DNA from: the human T2T-CHM13v2.0 reference genome, Homo sapiens
Direction: 5' to 3' (one strand)
NCBI RefSeq assembly: GCF_009914755.1
Contig: NC_060931.1
Length of the DNA stretch: 64,000 nucleotides
The translations under genes were made by a program, and so were the position numbers. This document shows positions 39,072-53,317 of this stretch, piece after piece (the stretch's first letter is position 1; the number at the start of each line of letters is the position of its first letter). The notes beneath the pieces are model-generated. The model made no database searches and was not told where the DNA came from. It saw nothing but the letters and a program-made list of their open reading frames with translations.

Positions 39072-41812
39072 GGCTTTCTTCATTTTTAAAATGCTTTTTT
39101 CTTTTCTTTCTTTCCTTCTTTCTTTTGTTCACTTGTAATATTTCAAAATACCTGCCTTCAAGTTCAGAAATTATTTCTTCTGCTTGGTCTAGTCTGTTGT
39201 TGAAGCTCTGGATTGTATTTTGTCATTTCATTCATTGAATTCTTCAGCTCTAGGATTTCTGTTTGGCTCTTTTTTAATGATATCTGTCTTTGTTGGATTT
39301 CTCATTCAAATAATTACTTTCCTGATTTCACTGAATTGTCTATCTGTGTTCTCTTGTATCTCACTGAGTTTCCTTACTATTATTTAGAATTCATTTTTGG
39401 CATTTGACATATTTCCTTATGATTGGGGTCTATTACTGGAGACATTGTTTTCCTTTGGAGGTGTCATGTTTCCTTTCTTTTTCATGTTCAACATGTTCCT
39501 ACATTGATTTCTACATATCTGGTGGAAAAATTGCCTCTTCCAATTTTATGAAGTAGGTTTCATAGGGAAAAGCTTATTTGTATGAATGGGTCTTGGAGTG
39601 TTGGCCTTGGTTCTGGGTGGACACTGTAGTGTAGTCTCCATGTAGTCTTTTTTTTTTTTTCAGCTGTAATCCACACTAGTAACATTTATGAGTGTCTCAG
39701 TGTCCTAGGCTAAGATTTTGATGGTAATGGGAGTGGGTTCCTATGCTGGGAGTGGGTTCTCCAGGCTATTTCTTAGGTTTGGGGAGTGTGTGTGCACATA
39801 GTGGTTCAGTCACCTTGGGGTCTGGCTCACTGGAATTGAGGCCATGGAGTTATTACTGTGGCTGGGAGCATGGGCACACATTTGCTTGGCTGGCCTTGTG
39901 GCATGCCTGCCAGGAGTACATTGTGGAATTGTTCTCACGTCCAGAATGTAGGCACACAGCTGGTCAGCTGGCTTGGTAGTATATCTACCAGGGATAGCCC
40001 ACAGTACTGTTTTTCAGGCCTGAGACATGGGTGCAAGGCTGCTCAGATGGCCTAAGGGTGTGTCTGCTCTGGGGAAGGGGGACCCACCGGAGTGTTTCTC
40101 AATTTTGGGACACAGGTGTTAGGCAGCTCAGCTAGCTCAGGATAGCCTTTGGGGACTGTTTCTTAGGTCCAGGTCATGGGCTCAAAGCTGCTTGGCTGGC
40201 CTAGGGTTGTGCCCACCAGAAGCCAGACTGTGGGACTGTGTCTCAGATCTTGATTGCAGGTGCAGGGCCATTGGGCAGGCTAGGGGCATGTCTGCTGGGG
40301 AGTGGGAGGACACTACAGGGACAGGGCTATTTTTCAGGTCCTGAGCAGAAGTGTGTAGCTGCGCCACCAGCCTGAAGTATGTATTAGCTGTTCAGAGGCT
40401 TGGATGCCTCTCCTACTTTGAGGGGGGCATGCAGTGGTTTGGCTGGCTCAAGGTTGAGTTCACCCTGGGTGGGACTGCCAGACTGTTCATTCAGGTGGAA
40501 GTGTGGCAGCAGGGATGGGTGGGTTACCTTGCTGTGCAAGACCTGAATCACAACCTACCCTGGGCCTGAGCTTTGTGCAGATGGAGTTGTGGCATTCAGC
40601 CACCTGTGTAGGCTTGGTAAAATTAAGATGAAGCCCCAGTATTGGAGAGGAACAGTGGCTACTGGCCATCAGAACAAGGTGCACTACAGAGATGGCTCTG
40701 TTCTCATGATGCGATGCTGCACCAGCTTGTCTTGCAGAGGGTGAGTGGTGGGTGGGAAGTATACACGTCATGCCCCTAAACTGGGGCAATGCAGCTGCAT
40801 GAATTCCTGGCAGTTCTCCAAACTGGGCTCAGGGCTTGCAAGGAGCATGTGATTCTCCTGTCCTAAGAACTGTGAGTGTTTGTGGTGGCAATGGCGACTG
40901 GTGGGGATCTTTTGCCTACCTTTTCCCCCTGAAATGGGAAGTTCCTCCTGACTCCTGGCAGATTCAATCTGAGCAGGGGAGATGGTTGCAGACACCAGGT
41001 ACCTCCATACCGCCCTCCTGGATGTCAGTGAATCACCACAGGTGCATCTCCACTCCCTTGCTGCACATCAGCACTCTCCCTTCAACATCCCAGTAAAATC
41101 TTAGCTGTTTATTTGTTGCCTTGGTCCTTGTGGGAGGGATGCGTATCAAGCATCACTAGTCAGCAATTTTGATGATGTCACTTCTTTACTTGTACATAAA
41201 AGCAATGATTATTTCCTTGGCTTGCCAGAGAGCTGAAAGTTAAAATTTCATTTGAGAATATAATCCCAGGCTCCCAGTGATCTCTCTCTTTATAGAACTT
41301 GTGATCTTTCTAGCATTCTTTTAAATTTATTTTTAATTTTCCAGTAGTAAATCATTAAATAATCCAGACTTCCCATTGGGTGTAGTTTTTAAGCTGCTAG
41401 CACCACCATCTTCATTTTATTTACCAAGCTAACAAATAGAAAAATTAGACCTAGAGTCTGGCTTTTCTGACCCATATATAATGCATGCAGTCATAGGTCT
41501 AACAAAGTTCATTTACACCATAAAAAAGAGCAAACGACAATTTTTACAATAAGCATATTTTGCCAAAAATAAAAAAGGGAATAAAAGAATGTCTTACTTG
41601 CCTCCTTGTTAAAACAAACTTTTTTAAAAAAATAATTTTTTTCTTGCTTCCAGTGTGGTTGGAGAAACTTTAACAAAAATTGACTATCATGGGAAGATCT
41701 TTGTATTAATAGCTCTGGAAGAGAGTGTTAGACTATCTTAGGAGGCATACTGCTTCACATAAGTGAAGATAATAAGAGACATGGCCTCTATCCATTGTAG
41801 CCATTAAGATCC

Positions 41813-42765
41813 TGTCGGGATATAGTAGTCACACTACTTATTTAACAGAAAATATAACATAAGGAATTGTTAATTAGGTATAAAGTTGTTAGTTAGGTGG
41901 CTAAAAAGGCAAAAAGGAAACATAAAGCAACTGCAGGAGCAGATACCACTCCTAGGGCTGGGGGAACAAAGGGAAGAGGTTGCACATACAGGTTTGAGTA
42001 TTTCTTATCCAAAATGCTTAGGACCAGAAGTGTTTGATTTCAGCTTTCTTCAGATTTTGGAATATTTGCATATACATAATGAGATACCTTGGGGATGGCA
42101 CCCAAGTCTAAACATGGAATTCACTTATGTTCCATATACATATATATAGCCTGAAGATAATTTTATATAAGATTTTAAATAATTTTGTGGATAAAACAAA
42201 GTTTTGACTGTATTTTGGCTGTGACCCATCACATGAGGTCAACTGTGAAAATTTCCACCTGTGGCATCATGTCAGTCCTCAGAGTTTCAGATTTTGGAGC
42301 ATTTAAAATTTCAGGTTGTTGAATTAGGGATGTTCAATCTGTATTAAAACTTGGAAGCTTGGAGACAAGAAGCTCTGAAACTCAGATCTCTAAAAAGGGG
42401 TCTTTAGATAGCTAGTTTTTGTGTCTCTGACAAGGTGCAAAAAGGCTGGTTCTATAAGAGTTGTGATGGGAAGGACTTGCCCTCTCAGGGTGAGGCAGCA
42501 TTGGGGAGCGGAATTGCCTTCTTAGGGTGAAAAAGCAATGTAGGGCTGATGCTTCCAGGAAGAGGAAGCAGGCAAGAGCAAGTAGTTCTTTCTTCCTGTC
42601 TCCACCTTGTGCTGTCCTTCTAAACAACCTCCTGTCATCACCATAATTGGCAGAACTTAAGAGGGAGCCAGCTGGAATGTAGTTTGTAAAGTCTCAGCTC
42701 CAGCATTATGTAGCACAGAATGGATAGATTTGATGCTGAGAAACAAAAACTTAGTAACTGGCACA
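41813..42765 (-). mobile_element. Old ERVL-class LTR (LTR33/40/41-like) split by Tigger4
   Basis: Ends in TTAGTAACTGGCACA (reverse complement TGTGCCAGTTACTAA); GGAGCCAGCTGG...TGTAGTTTG. Confidence 0.55.
41989..42341 (+). mobile_element. Tigger4b-like non-autonomous DNA transposon
   Basis: Terminal inverted repeats CAGGTTTGAGTAT... and ...GGGATGTTCAATCTG, TA on both flanks, about 353 bp, GGACCAGAAGTGTTT. Confidence 0.85.
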
Positions 42766-45074
42766 TTCATTTAATTCTAAATAAAATGTTTTCCCCACCT
42801 ATCCAATATTTTTGATTCCTATGTTCTTGAGATGATCAGAAATAATCAAATATTATTGTAACTTATGCTTTCCTATCATTTTAACCAAGGCTGAATCAAA
42901 GTTAAATTTTACTTCTTTCTATTATTGTGGGGGAGGGGAGGGGGGTGTATTCAGGGATTAGTTGGGAAAATGGGAAAGATTACTTTTAATTTCTATAATG
43001 GACATACTAGTTTTATTGTTGACCACCTCAAATATGTTGGAGATACATGGAGTATAAATTATAAATAAATAAAACTCAGCTGTGCCAACTAATAAGAGAC
43101 TCCCAACAACTCCCCAATTATCTAACCTTGGGGTGGGGACGGGAATGTACACTTTTACTGGTGAAGAATTAGTAGCAGGAGATGATGGAAGAAAGATAGT
43201 CTGAGCAGACACGCACAACACTTCTTCAGTCTGAACTCTGTTTTTCATTCACCCAAAGGCTACTAGCCTAAAGGTGTAGTGCCTTCCAATTTCTGGATGA
43301 AAAAGCCACTTGGGAGATAGAGAAGAGAGAACAACAGAGGAAGTACATATTTAAAGTAAATGTGCTAGTTAAGATTCCCTTAAATTAAAATCAGGATGGA
43401 AATAATTTTATTTTGAGAACCTTCAGAGAATACTATTGAATAATCTATGGTTCCTTAACACAGGAAGGGGTCTTCAATTACCTTTTTTCCTTTAACTGAA
43501 ATTTTAAAATTAATAGTATCTTTTTCAATTTAGAAATGAAAGAAACTTTAAAACTGCTGCAAAAACATATACGGTTATATCTTGTTATGTGATGGTGCTT
43601 AACATAAAACAGGATGTTTTACTCATGGCCAGGAAAGCTTGTTATATAAGTACATTTAAACATAAAGCCCTCCTCCCTGCCTTAAAAAAATAAAAAGGTC
43701 TATAAATTCCTAAGGATTTTGAAACTCTTGTTTAAGAACTTTGAGGAATTGGGGAAATGTAGGTTATGCTTGATTTTTAAAAAATGGTTGTTTTCAACAA
43801 AACATAATCTTGCAGAAGGGAAGAGTAGGAGGGTACGAATTATTTAAAAGCTTTTCCTAAGTGACTTTGATATCTGCTCCCCACCCCAAATCAGGTGAAG
43901 ACCAATGGCAAAAATAAACATAAAGGTGGATGGAAAATTGCAATGCCAGGAGAGATATTACCCTTTAATAAAAATCTTTTCCATGTTTATGATTATTTTA
44001 TTTTTTATCTTATAACGTAAATAATAAAATAACATCTTAATGATAACCAGAGCACTAAAAACCACCACCAAAAAAAAAAAAAAAAAAAAAAATCACAGGT
44101 ACCTGGGTATTAAAATGGCCTGTTAAGGCAGGCAGCTCAGTGCGATTGGAATTCACTACAGGGAATATTAGATTGAACAAAGAACTAGAATAGAAGTGTT
44201 GACAAAATTTAATTAGGAGAGGGCTGGTAGACACTCAAGCATGGCCAGAGAACACAGAGATTAGAGCCTGTGGAGCCTCCCTCTAAGTGGGCATAGGAGG
44301 TAGTGAAACCTGTTTGGAGTTGAGCTGCTGCAGCCTGGGGCACTTCTCTGGGGAGAGAGCTCTTGTTTCTAATTTTCCTAGAATACAGCTAACAAGGCTA
44401 ATGTTACCAGCCCAGCTGAGGTCTTTTTTTTTTTTTTCCTTCTGCTGAGGTTTGTAATTCTACAATTTTAAATGTCCTTAACTATAAAAAACAGTCTATG
44501 AACCAACCCAACTTCCACATTACCCAAGTATCATTACCCTATATATCTCTTACATTAACTTATTATGTTAGTTTGTTCTTCTATAGTAGTGCTTCCTATC
44601 GCAATTCTTATAGAACCAGATATGTTGGTATTTGTGGTCTCAGGTTTTTTAAGCAAAATTTTTTCATAAATCTATAAAAAGGATATAGTAATATATAAAT
44701 CCCTTGGCATTTTCAGAATTTATATTTGTGGTGTCCACCCTCATTTTGTAAAAGTCCATGTCATGTGTTAATTTAAATGGAGAAAATAAAATCCACTCTA
44801 GTCTATAGGGTTGTTATGAGGATTAAATGAGATAACATAGAGTATTTAGTAAGAATTTAAATGTCTGGGGCTGAATGTTTGCAGATTACAGGGTTAATCT
44901 TTTTGTTAGAGCAGGAAGAATCCAGTGAAAGTTTGATATTCCCACTAATGATTGGTTCAATTTTGAAGATTCTTCAAGGCCTCCCACATATACTAGAATT
45001 CTTCCAAATATACTTCTATGCCTTTAATGAAAGAACATTGCCACTTGATTCGAACACTCAGTTGAAGAGAGCTT

Positions 45075-45312
45075 ACCATATGTGGTTAGAATCAGGCTTC
45101 AGAGCCAGATCACCCAGGGTGGACCCCTCCCTTTCCTACTTGGTGATCTCGGGTGAATTATTTTTACCTTATTTTACCTCTCTGCCTCACTTTCTCATTC
45201 CTAAAATAAGAATAATAGTACCTCCTTGAAAGGATTGTGAAAAAGATTAAATGAGTTAACATATGTCAAGGGCTTACAACAGAGGTTGGCTGTTAGCCAA
45301 TGGTAGCTATCC
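45075..45312 (+). mobile_element. MIR
   Basis: CTCTCTGCCTCACTTTCTCATT...ATAATAGTACCT...GATTAAATGAGTTAA. Confidence 0.75.
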
Positions 45313-45386
45313 TCTAGTGATAAGTTCAAAAACATCTCTTAAATCAATCAGCTTCTGGCAATTTATTTTTAACATAGTTCCAGTAA

Positions 45387-45752
<366 letters not shown>

Positions 45753-47626
45753 TCCATTGCTTTTTAACTTCCTATTTAAAATAATTATTCCAGACAACTC
45801 TACGAATCTCAATGGATTGCTTACTGTGTCTGTGGAATTGTTATTTCTAGAACCCACCTTGATAACTAGTGTGCTTGGCTCACTGTAATCTACTTTGCTC
45901 TGACTTGCAGCAATTTCCAAATTCATATCTTTCTATCAATAATAAATATATTGTGATGCAGATGGACTCACTGTTATATTGCTAGGAACGTTGGCTGAAA
46001 GATACCATTGAAATATAATAAAAGAAAGCAATGTAATCTTGATTTTTCCAAAAGTATACTTCACAATGTGTTGGCAATTTTTAAGGTCATTTCAAATAGA
46101 GTGGCATTTATAGCTGCCACATTTGACATTTAGTAATTTGCACCACAAAACCACAGGCTCATAAGCTTTCTGTTTCTCCTCTGTGAATTATTCTTTGAGA
46201 TGCTTTATATAGATGATACAGTGAGAGTCACAGTATAACTAGTTCATTTTATAAAGGTTAATTTAAAATATATGTAAAGAATACTAAGAGCTCATAAATG
46301 ATGAACACAGGCATTAAAAATCAATTGCTGATAGAACTTGGGCATAAAGTTAATGAAGCGGTTCATGTTTTCTAGTAACGTTTCATCTCTTGCATGGGAT
46401 TTTCCATTAGAAACAGGGTTTGGGGGCCAATATGTCATCCATTTATCTTTTCTAGCAATGAATTTTCTTTCTCCAACTTATTCTCTTGTAATGATCTTGG
46501 AACAAGCTACCGTCACTTCATGTGTATAATATTAGAACACAGTTAACAAGTCAGTATAGAAGGCATTAGGATTCAAATAGTAAAAATGTGAAGGAAATAA
46601 AAGTGAATGTACCTGGAAATAAATGACTGGAAGGAAAACAACCAAAAAAAAAAGCCTCCCTTTTTTATAGTTTGGGCAAAGTTCTCATTTTGTGAAAAAT
46701 AGGTAATGCAATCTTCATTTCTGCAGCATAAAAACAGATTGGTACTTTTCAGAAGCAATATGGTTGAAAGATAACTGCTGTGTCTTAACCCTAACCTTAT
46801 AGCCAACATCAGTTTCTTCCTGGGAAGTCACTAAAAGAGAATTGATCAGCAGGTTTGATATACTTTAGCATAAATTAGATTTTATTTTCCACAAATCTTA
46901 GCTGGAAATGAATTTGCAAATTAAAATGTCTTCTAATGTAATTACATTGTCTTCTATTATAAGTCATTTCAGAAATGAAAACTATACTTTTAACAAGAAA
47001 TGAATGCATGTTCTTAGTAGAATTAAACAGAGATCCAAGCAGGACCTGAAATGCATATGCAGTGTGGGCCACAATATGGGGAAAATATAGGATGTGTAAC
47101 ACCTCCATAAATTCCTGAATATGAGTAGCTGTGTACAGAACTATAGGCTAAGTTTAGTACATTTGTTTTGAAGACCTATTTTGTAACTTAATAAATCTCA
47201 GGGATTTTTTTAAGAAGGGTTTGTTGCAAAATGTCCATCTGTTTCTCCTGAATAATTAAGAACTCAGGATATATTTGAACATCATGACTAAACTTTATGC
47301 TATTAAGTGTCTAACTGTCATAGTGGGATGTGTGTTGGAGTTGAGTTAGATCTGGTTTGAATCTTGTTTTTGTCACTTACTATCTGAGCAACTTTAGGCA
47401 ATCCTTACCTCTAAATTGGGGACACAATTTAGAGGTCCTGAAAGATCATCATGAGGACTAAGAGATCTGATGGATACAGAAGGCCTTGCTGGTGCTCTCT
47501 CGGTACCTAAAGTATCCAAGAAGTGACCATTTAAAAATTTCTGTGCATGGGAACTTATTAAAAATTTCTTAGGGCAAGGCAAATTGAATTAACTAAATCA
47601 GGTACATTCTTTTCTGTCATACTCCA

Positions 47627-48377
<751 letters not shown>

Positions 48378-49066
48378 CTCCTATATATCATCCTCAAAAG
48401 TTTTGAAGTGGTAAATGTGGGTTTAAATCAACCTTCTTACTGTGCTATTTGTCCTGCCTATTCTGTTTTGTTTTCTCTCTCTTCTTGCCTTTTTATGAAG
48501 TGATTGATTTTTAAATTCTGTTTTCCTGTTAGTCTGAAAACTATGCAATTTTTTTACCCTAGAAGTGACAAATTAGTACCTTAACCCTCTAGTAGGAAAA
48601 TACAACTAATATACTATTGTTGGACATATGACCTTTATTTTGATTCTCTCTATATTTTAAACTCCACAAAACTTTACTGTTATTATTTTACATAGTCAAT
48701 GTTCTTTTAGATTTATCTACTAATTTATGGCTTTTTAAATATTCTTTCTTGCCTGCATAGCTGGTATTTTTCTTCTGCCTAACATGCCTATTTCCTTCCT
48801 GGAAGTCTGCTGGTAGCAAATTCTCTCAGTTTTTGACTGACAATGTCTTTATTCATTTTCATTCCTGAAGGATATTATTCATTTTCATTCCTGAAGAATG
48901 AAGAATGCTTCATTCCTGAAGCATAGAATTCTATGTTAGTCATTATTTTCTTTTAGTATATTGGTTATATAATTGTTGTCCCTTGATTTTTTCATACTAC
49001 TGCTAAACCAGAGCTGACAGGGTACATTTTGCCACTTTGAAGATAATCTGTTACTTTAAAAATCTA

Positions 49067-49306
<240 letters not shown>

Positions 49307-50317
49307 CTATTTGCTTTAGATTTTTTTTCCCTGCAATTTCACTGTGAAATGTCTAGATACAGACTTAACAATCTTTTATCCTGATTAGGATCCATCACTA
49401 AAATTATTCCTTTTCACATGCTAGCTAAAGTTATAAGCTCATTCCTAGTTGGAAATGCCTTATATGCAAAATATTAGTTACAACCATAATTTTCTACAAT
49501 CCCAACACTGACTGCACTCAAAACAATTTCTGGACTTACAAAATAACATTGAATTCTTTATGAAATAACATTGAATTTCTTTATTCTCTGTTCTGAACAA
49601 CTAAATGTTAACATTATATTTATTACCTTCTTTAGTCTTCCATTTTTATAAGTGTGAGGTTAAAAATGAAGGGTAAATGACTGCCCAAGGATGCAAGGAA
49701 ACCATTTTAATGGTTTTGATGACCTCTTTCTTTGGCTATCCAAAGCTAGTTGGGCTTGAGAATGGGTTTCACAATCTATTATAGCAAGTATGACCAATTA
49801 AAGAGCAGGCAAGTATGATACAGGATTAAGTGAATATGTGTACTACACAGGATTCCTGTTTGGGATTCTAGGCAACGATTTGCATAAGCCAGATAAAAAC
49901 AATTGAGAGAGAACTACAGGTGTTCAGGAAATACTCACAGGCAGTCACAGACTTTGATGAAGTTCTATAAGGGAAGACTTTTATCGTATCCAGGGCAAAG
50001 TTGTCAAAACCAGCCTATGGTAGGAATGTCTAATTTTGAAGTGTCAGAATAAGCTAAGCTGTATCTCCACAGTAAATGGTCACAGTCAGGCAAGATACTT
50101 CAGTGACTGTATCCAAGGATGAAAATCACTTTCTAGAGTCAGAGTAGACACTCAGTTGAAACATCATCCTCTGACAATAAGTAGAGAGAATGGTTTCATG
50201 TGAGGAAAGTTCTGCGTTCATTCTCTTTTGGAGGTTTTATCCTCTGTGACTCTATAATGCTCCACAAGGGGGACACCAGGGTCCCTGGATTTGAAAAATG
50301 GCTTCAGGTTTTTTATG

Positions 50318-50514
50318 CAGTCGTGTGCAGCATAACAACATTTTGGTCAAGGGTGGAGCACATCAATGATGGTGGCTACATCATATAGCTTAGGTGTTTA
50401 GCAGGCAATACCATCTAGATTTATGTAAGCACACTTTGATATTCACACAACAAGGAAATCACCTAACGATGCATTTCTCAGAATGTATCCCCATTGTTAA
50501 GCAATACATGACTA
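50318..50514 (+). mobile_element. Internally deleted Tigger3 element with both terminal inverted repeats
   Basis: CAGTCGTGTGCAGCATAAC...GTTAAGCAATACATGACT; shares ATACCATCTAG.TTT.TGTAAG with the element at about 12378. Confidence 0.82.
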
Positions 50515-50575
50515 TATATTGATACTTAGCAAAATCTTATGATTTGGTTGTTATCCTAAATATGCCTTTAAACAT

Positions 50576-51403
50576 AAACAGACACATCTCAAAAGAAGAC
50601 ATACACACAGCTGAAAACCATATGAAAAAAATGCTCAACATTATTCATCATTAGAGAAATGCCAATCAAAGCTCAATGAAATACCATCTCACACCAGTCA
50701 GAATGGCTATTTTTAAAAAGTCAAAAAGTAACAGATGTTGGCAAGGTTGTGGATAGAAGAGAACACTTACACACTGTTGGTAGGCATGTAAATTAGTTCA
50801 GCCACTGCAAAGTAGTTTGGAGATTTCTCAAAGAACTGAAAACAGAACTATCATTTGACCCAGCAATCCCATTACTGCGTATATAACCAAAGGAATATAA
50901 ATTGTTCTACCATAAAGACACATGCATGTGTATGCTCATCACAGCACTTCTCATGCACAAGAGCAAAGACATGGAGCTTAACTAGATGCCCATCAACGGT
51001 GGACTGGATAAAGAAAATGTGGTACATGTATACTACACAATATTACATGGCCATAAAAAATAATAAAATCATGTCCTTTGCAGCAACATGGATGAGGCTG
51101 GAGACTATTACCCTAAGTGAATTAATGCAGGAACAGAAAACCAAATATTGTTCTTACTTATAAGAAGTGTGAGTTAAACGCTGAGTACACATGGACACAA
51201 AGAAAGGAACAACAGATACTGGGACCTACTTGAGGGTAGAGGGTGGGAGGAAGATGAGGATTGAAACACTACCTATTGGGTACTATGCTCACTACCTGGA
51301 TGATGAAATCATTTATATACCAAACCTCGCTACACACAACTTACTCATGTAACAAATCTGCACAGGTACCCTCTGAACATAAAAGTCGGAAGGAGAAAAA
51401 AAA
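50576..51403 (+). mobile_element. L1PB / old L1PA 3' end
   Basis: ORF2 C-terminus CPSTVDWIKKMWY...MSFAATWMRLE, then 3' UTR and A-rich tail. Confidence 0.9.
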
Positions 51404-52656
51404 CATATTTTAACATTAAGTAGATATTCAAAAAGTCAAAAAAATTGTTTAAAGAATAAAACAAGATAAATATAAATCTTATAAAATTTATAATTATCAT
51501 CTGAAAGAAAACTGTCACACCTATTAAAAATACTGTATCTGTCTTGACAATTGTTCAAAATCAAAAAATCTTGAGTTGATTAGCAAATTTATCTTGCATC
51601 AGTATTTTTAAGGCATTTGAAAGTTCTGAAAAACTTTTTTTTTCAAAGAAGGCTGTCATCTGATGGAAAATTTTTCATACACAATTACTTTCATTCCGCT
51701 AGCATTATTTTTGGTGAGACTATTTGAAAACATCAATCAAACCAGTGTCTTTTGATGTTAGGTATTTTGAAAGATTAAAAAAAGTAAAAAGACAACAGTA
51801 AAATATGCCTTTACATATACATTAACTGACAAACTTTTTTCAGATATTATTTAACTTGTACATATAGTAAAAAAATGAATTTCTATATTCTACGTACTGG
51901 CATGAAAATAATCCTGCATCAGTGCTAGCTTTACTTACTTGCTTAAAGTACCAGCAAATCAGGGATACTTTAAAACCCAATTATTTTGAAGAACTTTGAC
52001 ATCATTTGAAAATATTTTTAAGTTTCCCTTATGATTCTTTGGCCCAAAGAAAATCCTATGGGTCAAAAAAAGTCTTCGCTAAAGAAATATTCTACTTTTA
52101 TTGGAAGTATGTTGTTATAAAACACTTGTGGATTTATCTAGATATCTTTTCATTACTGATTTTTAATTTATTTCTGTTGTGGTCAGAAAATAATATTTTG
52201 TTTGGTTGCAGTCACTTGGAATTTAATAATACTTGTTTGTTGGCCCAGCATATGCTCTTTCTTGGTGAATATTCTGGGTGACTTTGAAACAAATGTATAG
52301 TCTGCAATTGTTGAGTGTAATATTGTGAAGGTATCATTTAGGTCAGGTTGGTTGATAGCATTGTTCAAGTAGTCTATTATCTTACTGATTTGCATCTAGT
52401 TGCTCTAGCAATACTGAAAGAGCAGTGTTTAAATTGTCAAATATGATAATGGAATTTTCTATGGTTTTCCTTTATGTCTATTTATTCTCGGTGTATTTTG
52501 AAGTTCTGTTATCAGGTACTTGCACATTTAGGTCCCTTTGACAGAGATAGTTCATGATGATAAAAGGATCTACCTATCTCTGGTAATGTTCTTTGTCTTC
52601 AAATCTACTTTGTCTGATATTAGCATAGCCCCATCAGCTAAAAATTAATAAAAAAA

Positions 52657-52793
52657 TTTTTTTTAGAGACAGGTTCTCCTGTTACCCACGCTGGAATTCA
52701 GTAGCATGACCATAGCTCACTGCAATCTCAAACTCCTTAGCACAAGTGATCCTCCCACCTCAGCCTCCCAAGTAGCTGAGCTACCATGCCTGG
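52657..52793 (-). mobile_element. Old Alu monomer fragment (FRAM/AluJ)
   Basis: TTTTAGAGACAGG...CATAGCTCACTGCA...CCTCAGCCTCCCAAGTAGCTG. Confidence 0.82.
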
Positions 52794-52923
52794 TAGCTAT
52801 TTCATTTTTAATATTTGCATGGAATATCTTTTTGAATCCTTTTCTTTAAAACTACCCATATCTTTGTATTTAACATGTATTTCTTTTAAACAACATATTA
52901 TTGGATTTTGGTTTTTATCTAGT

Positions 52924-53317
52924 CAAGTGGTTCTCAACCAGGGGTGATTTCTTCACCCCCACCATGGGGCATGATATGGTTTGGCTGTGTCCCCAACCAC
53001 ATCTCATCTTGAATTCCTATGTGTTGTGGGAGGGACCCTGTGGGAGGTAACTGAATCATGAGGGCAGCTCTTTTCCATGCTGTTCTTGTGATAGCGTATA
53101 AGTCTCACAAGATCTGACGGTATCATAAGGGGGAGTTTCCTTGTTGGCAATATCTAGAAATAATTTTAGTTATCATAAGTGAAAGAGAGGAGCGTAGTAC
53201 TACTGGTATCTAGTGGGTAGAGGTCAGGGATACTGTTAAACATTTTGCAATGCACAAAACAGCCTCTACATCAAAGAATTATCTGTTCCAAAATGTCAAC
53301 GGTGCTGAGAAACTCTA
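52924..53317 (+). mobile_element. MER20 (hAT-Charlie) carrying a THE1 LTR fragment
   Basis: AGTGGTTCTCAACCAGGGGTGATTT...CTACTGGTATCTAGTGGGTAGAGG...AAGAATTATCTG...TGAGAAAC. Confidence 0.85.
52972..53143 (+). mobile_element. THE1 LTR, 5' half only
   Basis: TGATATGGTTTGGCTGTGTCCCC...AAGTCTCACAAGATCTGA...GGGGAGTTTCC. Confidence 0.9.

Noticed and set aside
39760-40390. Repeat array as CRISPR-like
   Set aside because: Units are degenerate along their whole length, have no repeat-spacer structure, and lie in a primate L1 5' UTR
49541-49585. ~21-bp tandem duplication AAATAACATTGAATT(T)CTTTAT, with similar cases near 22351 and 3041
   Set aside because: Ordinary slippage duplications
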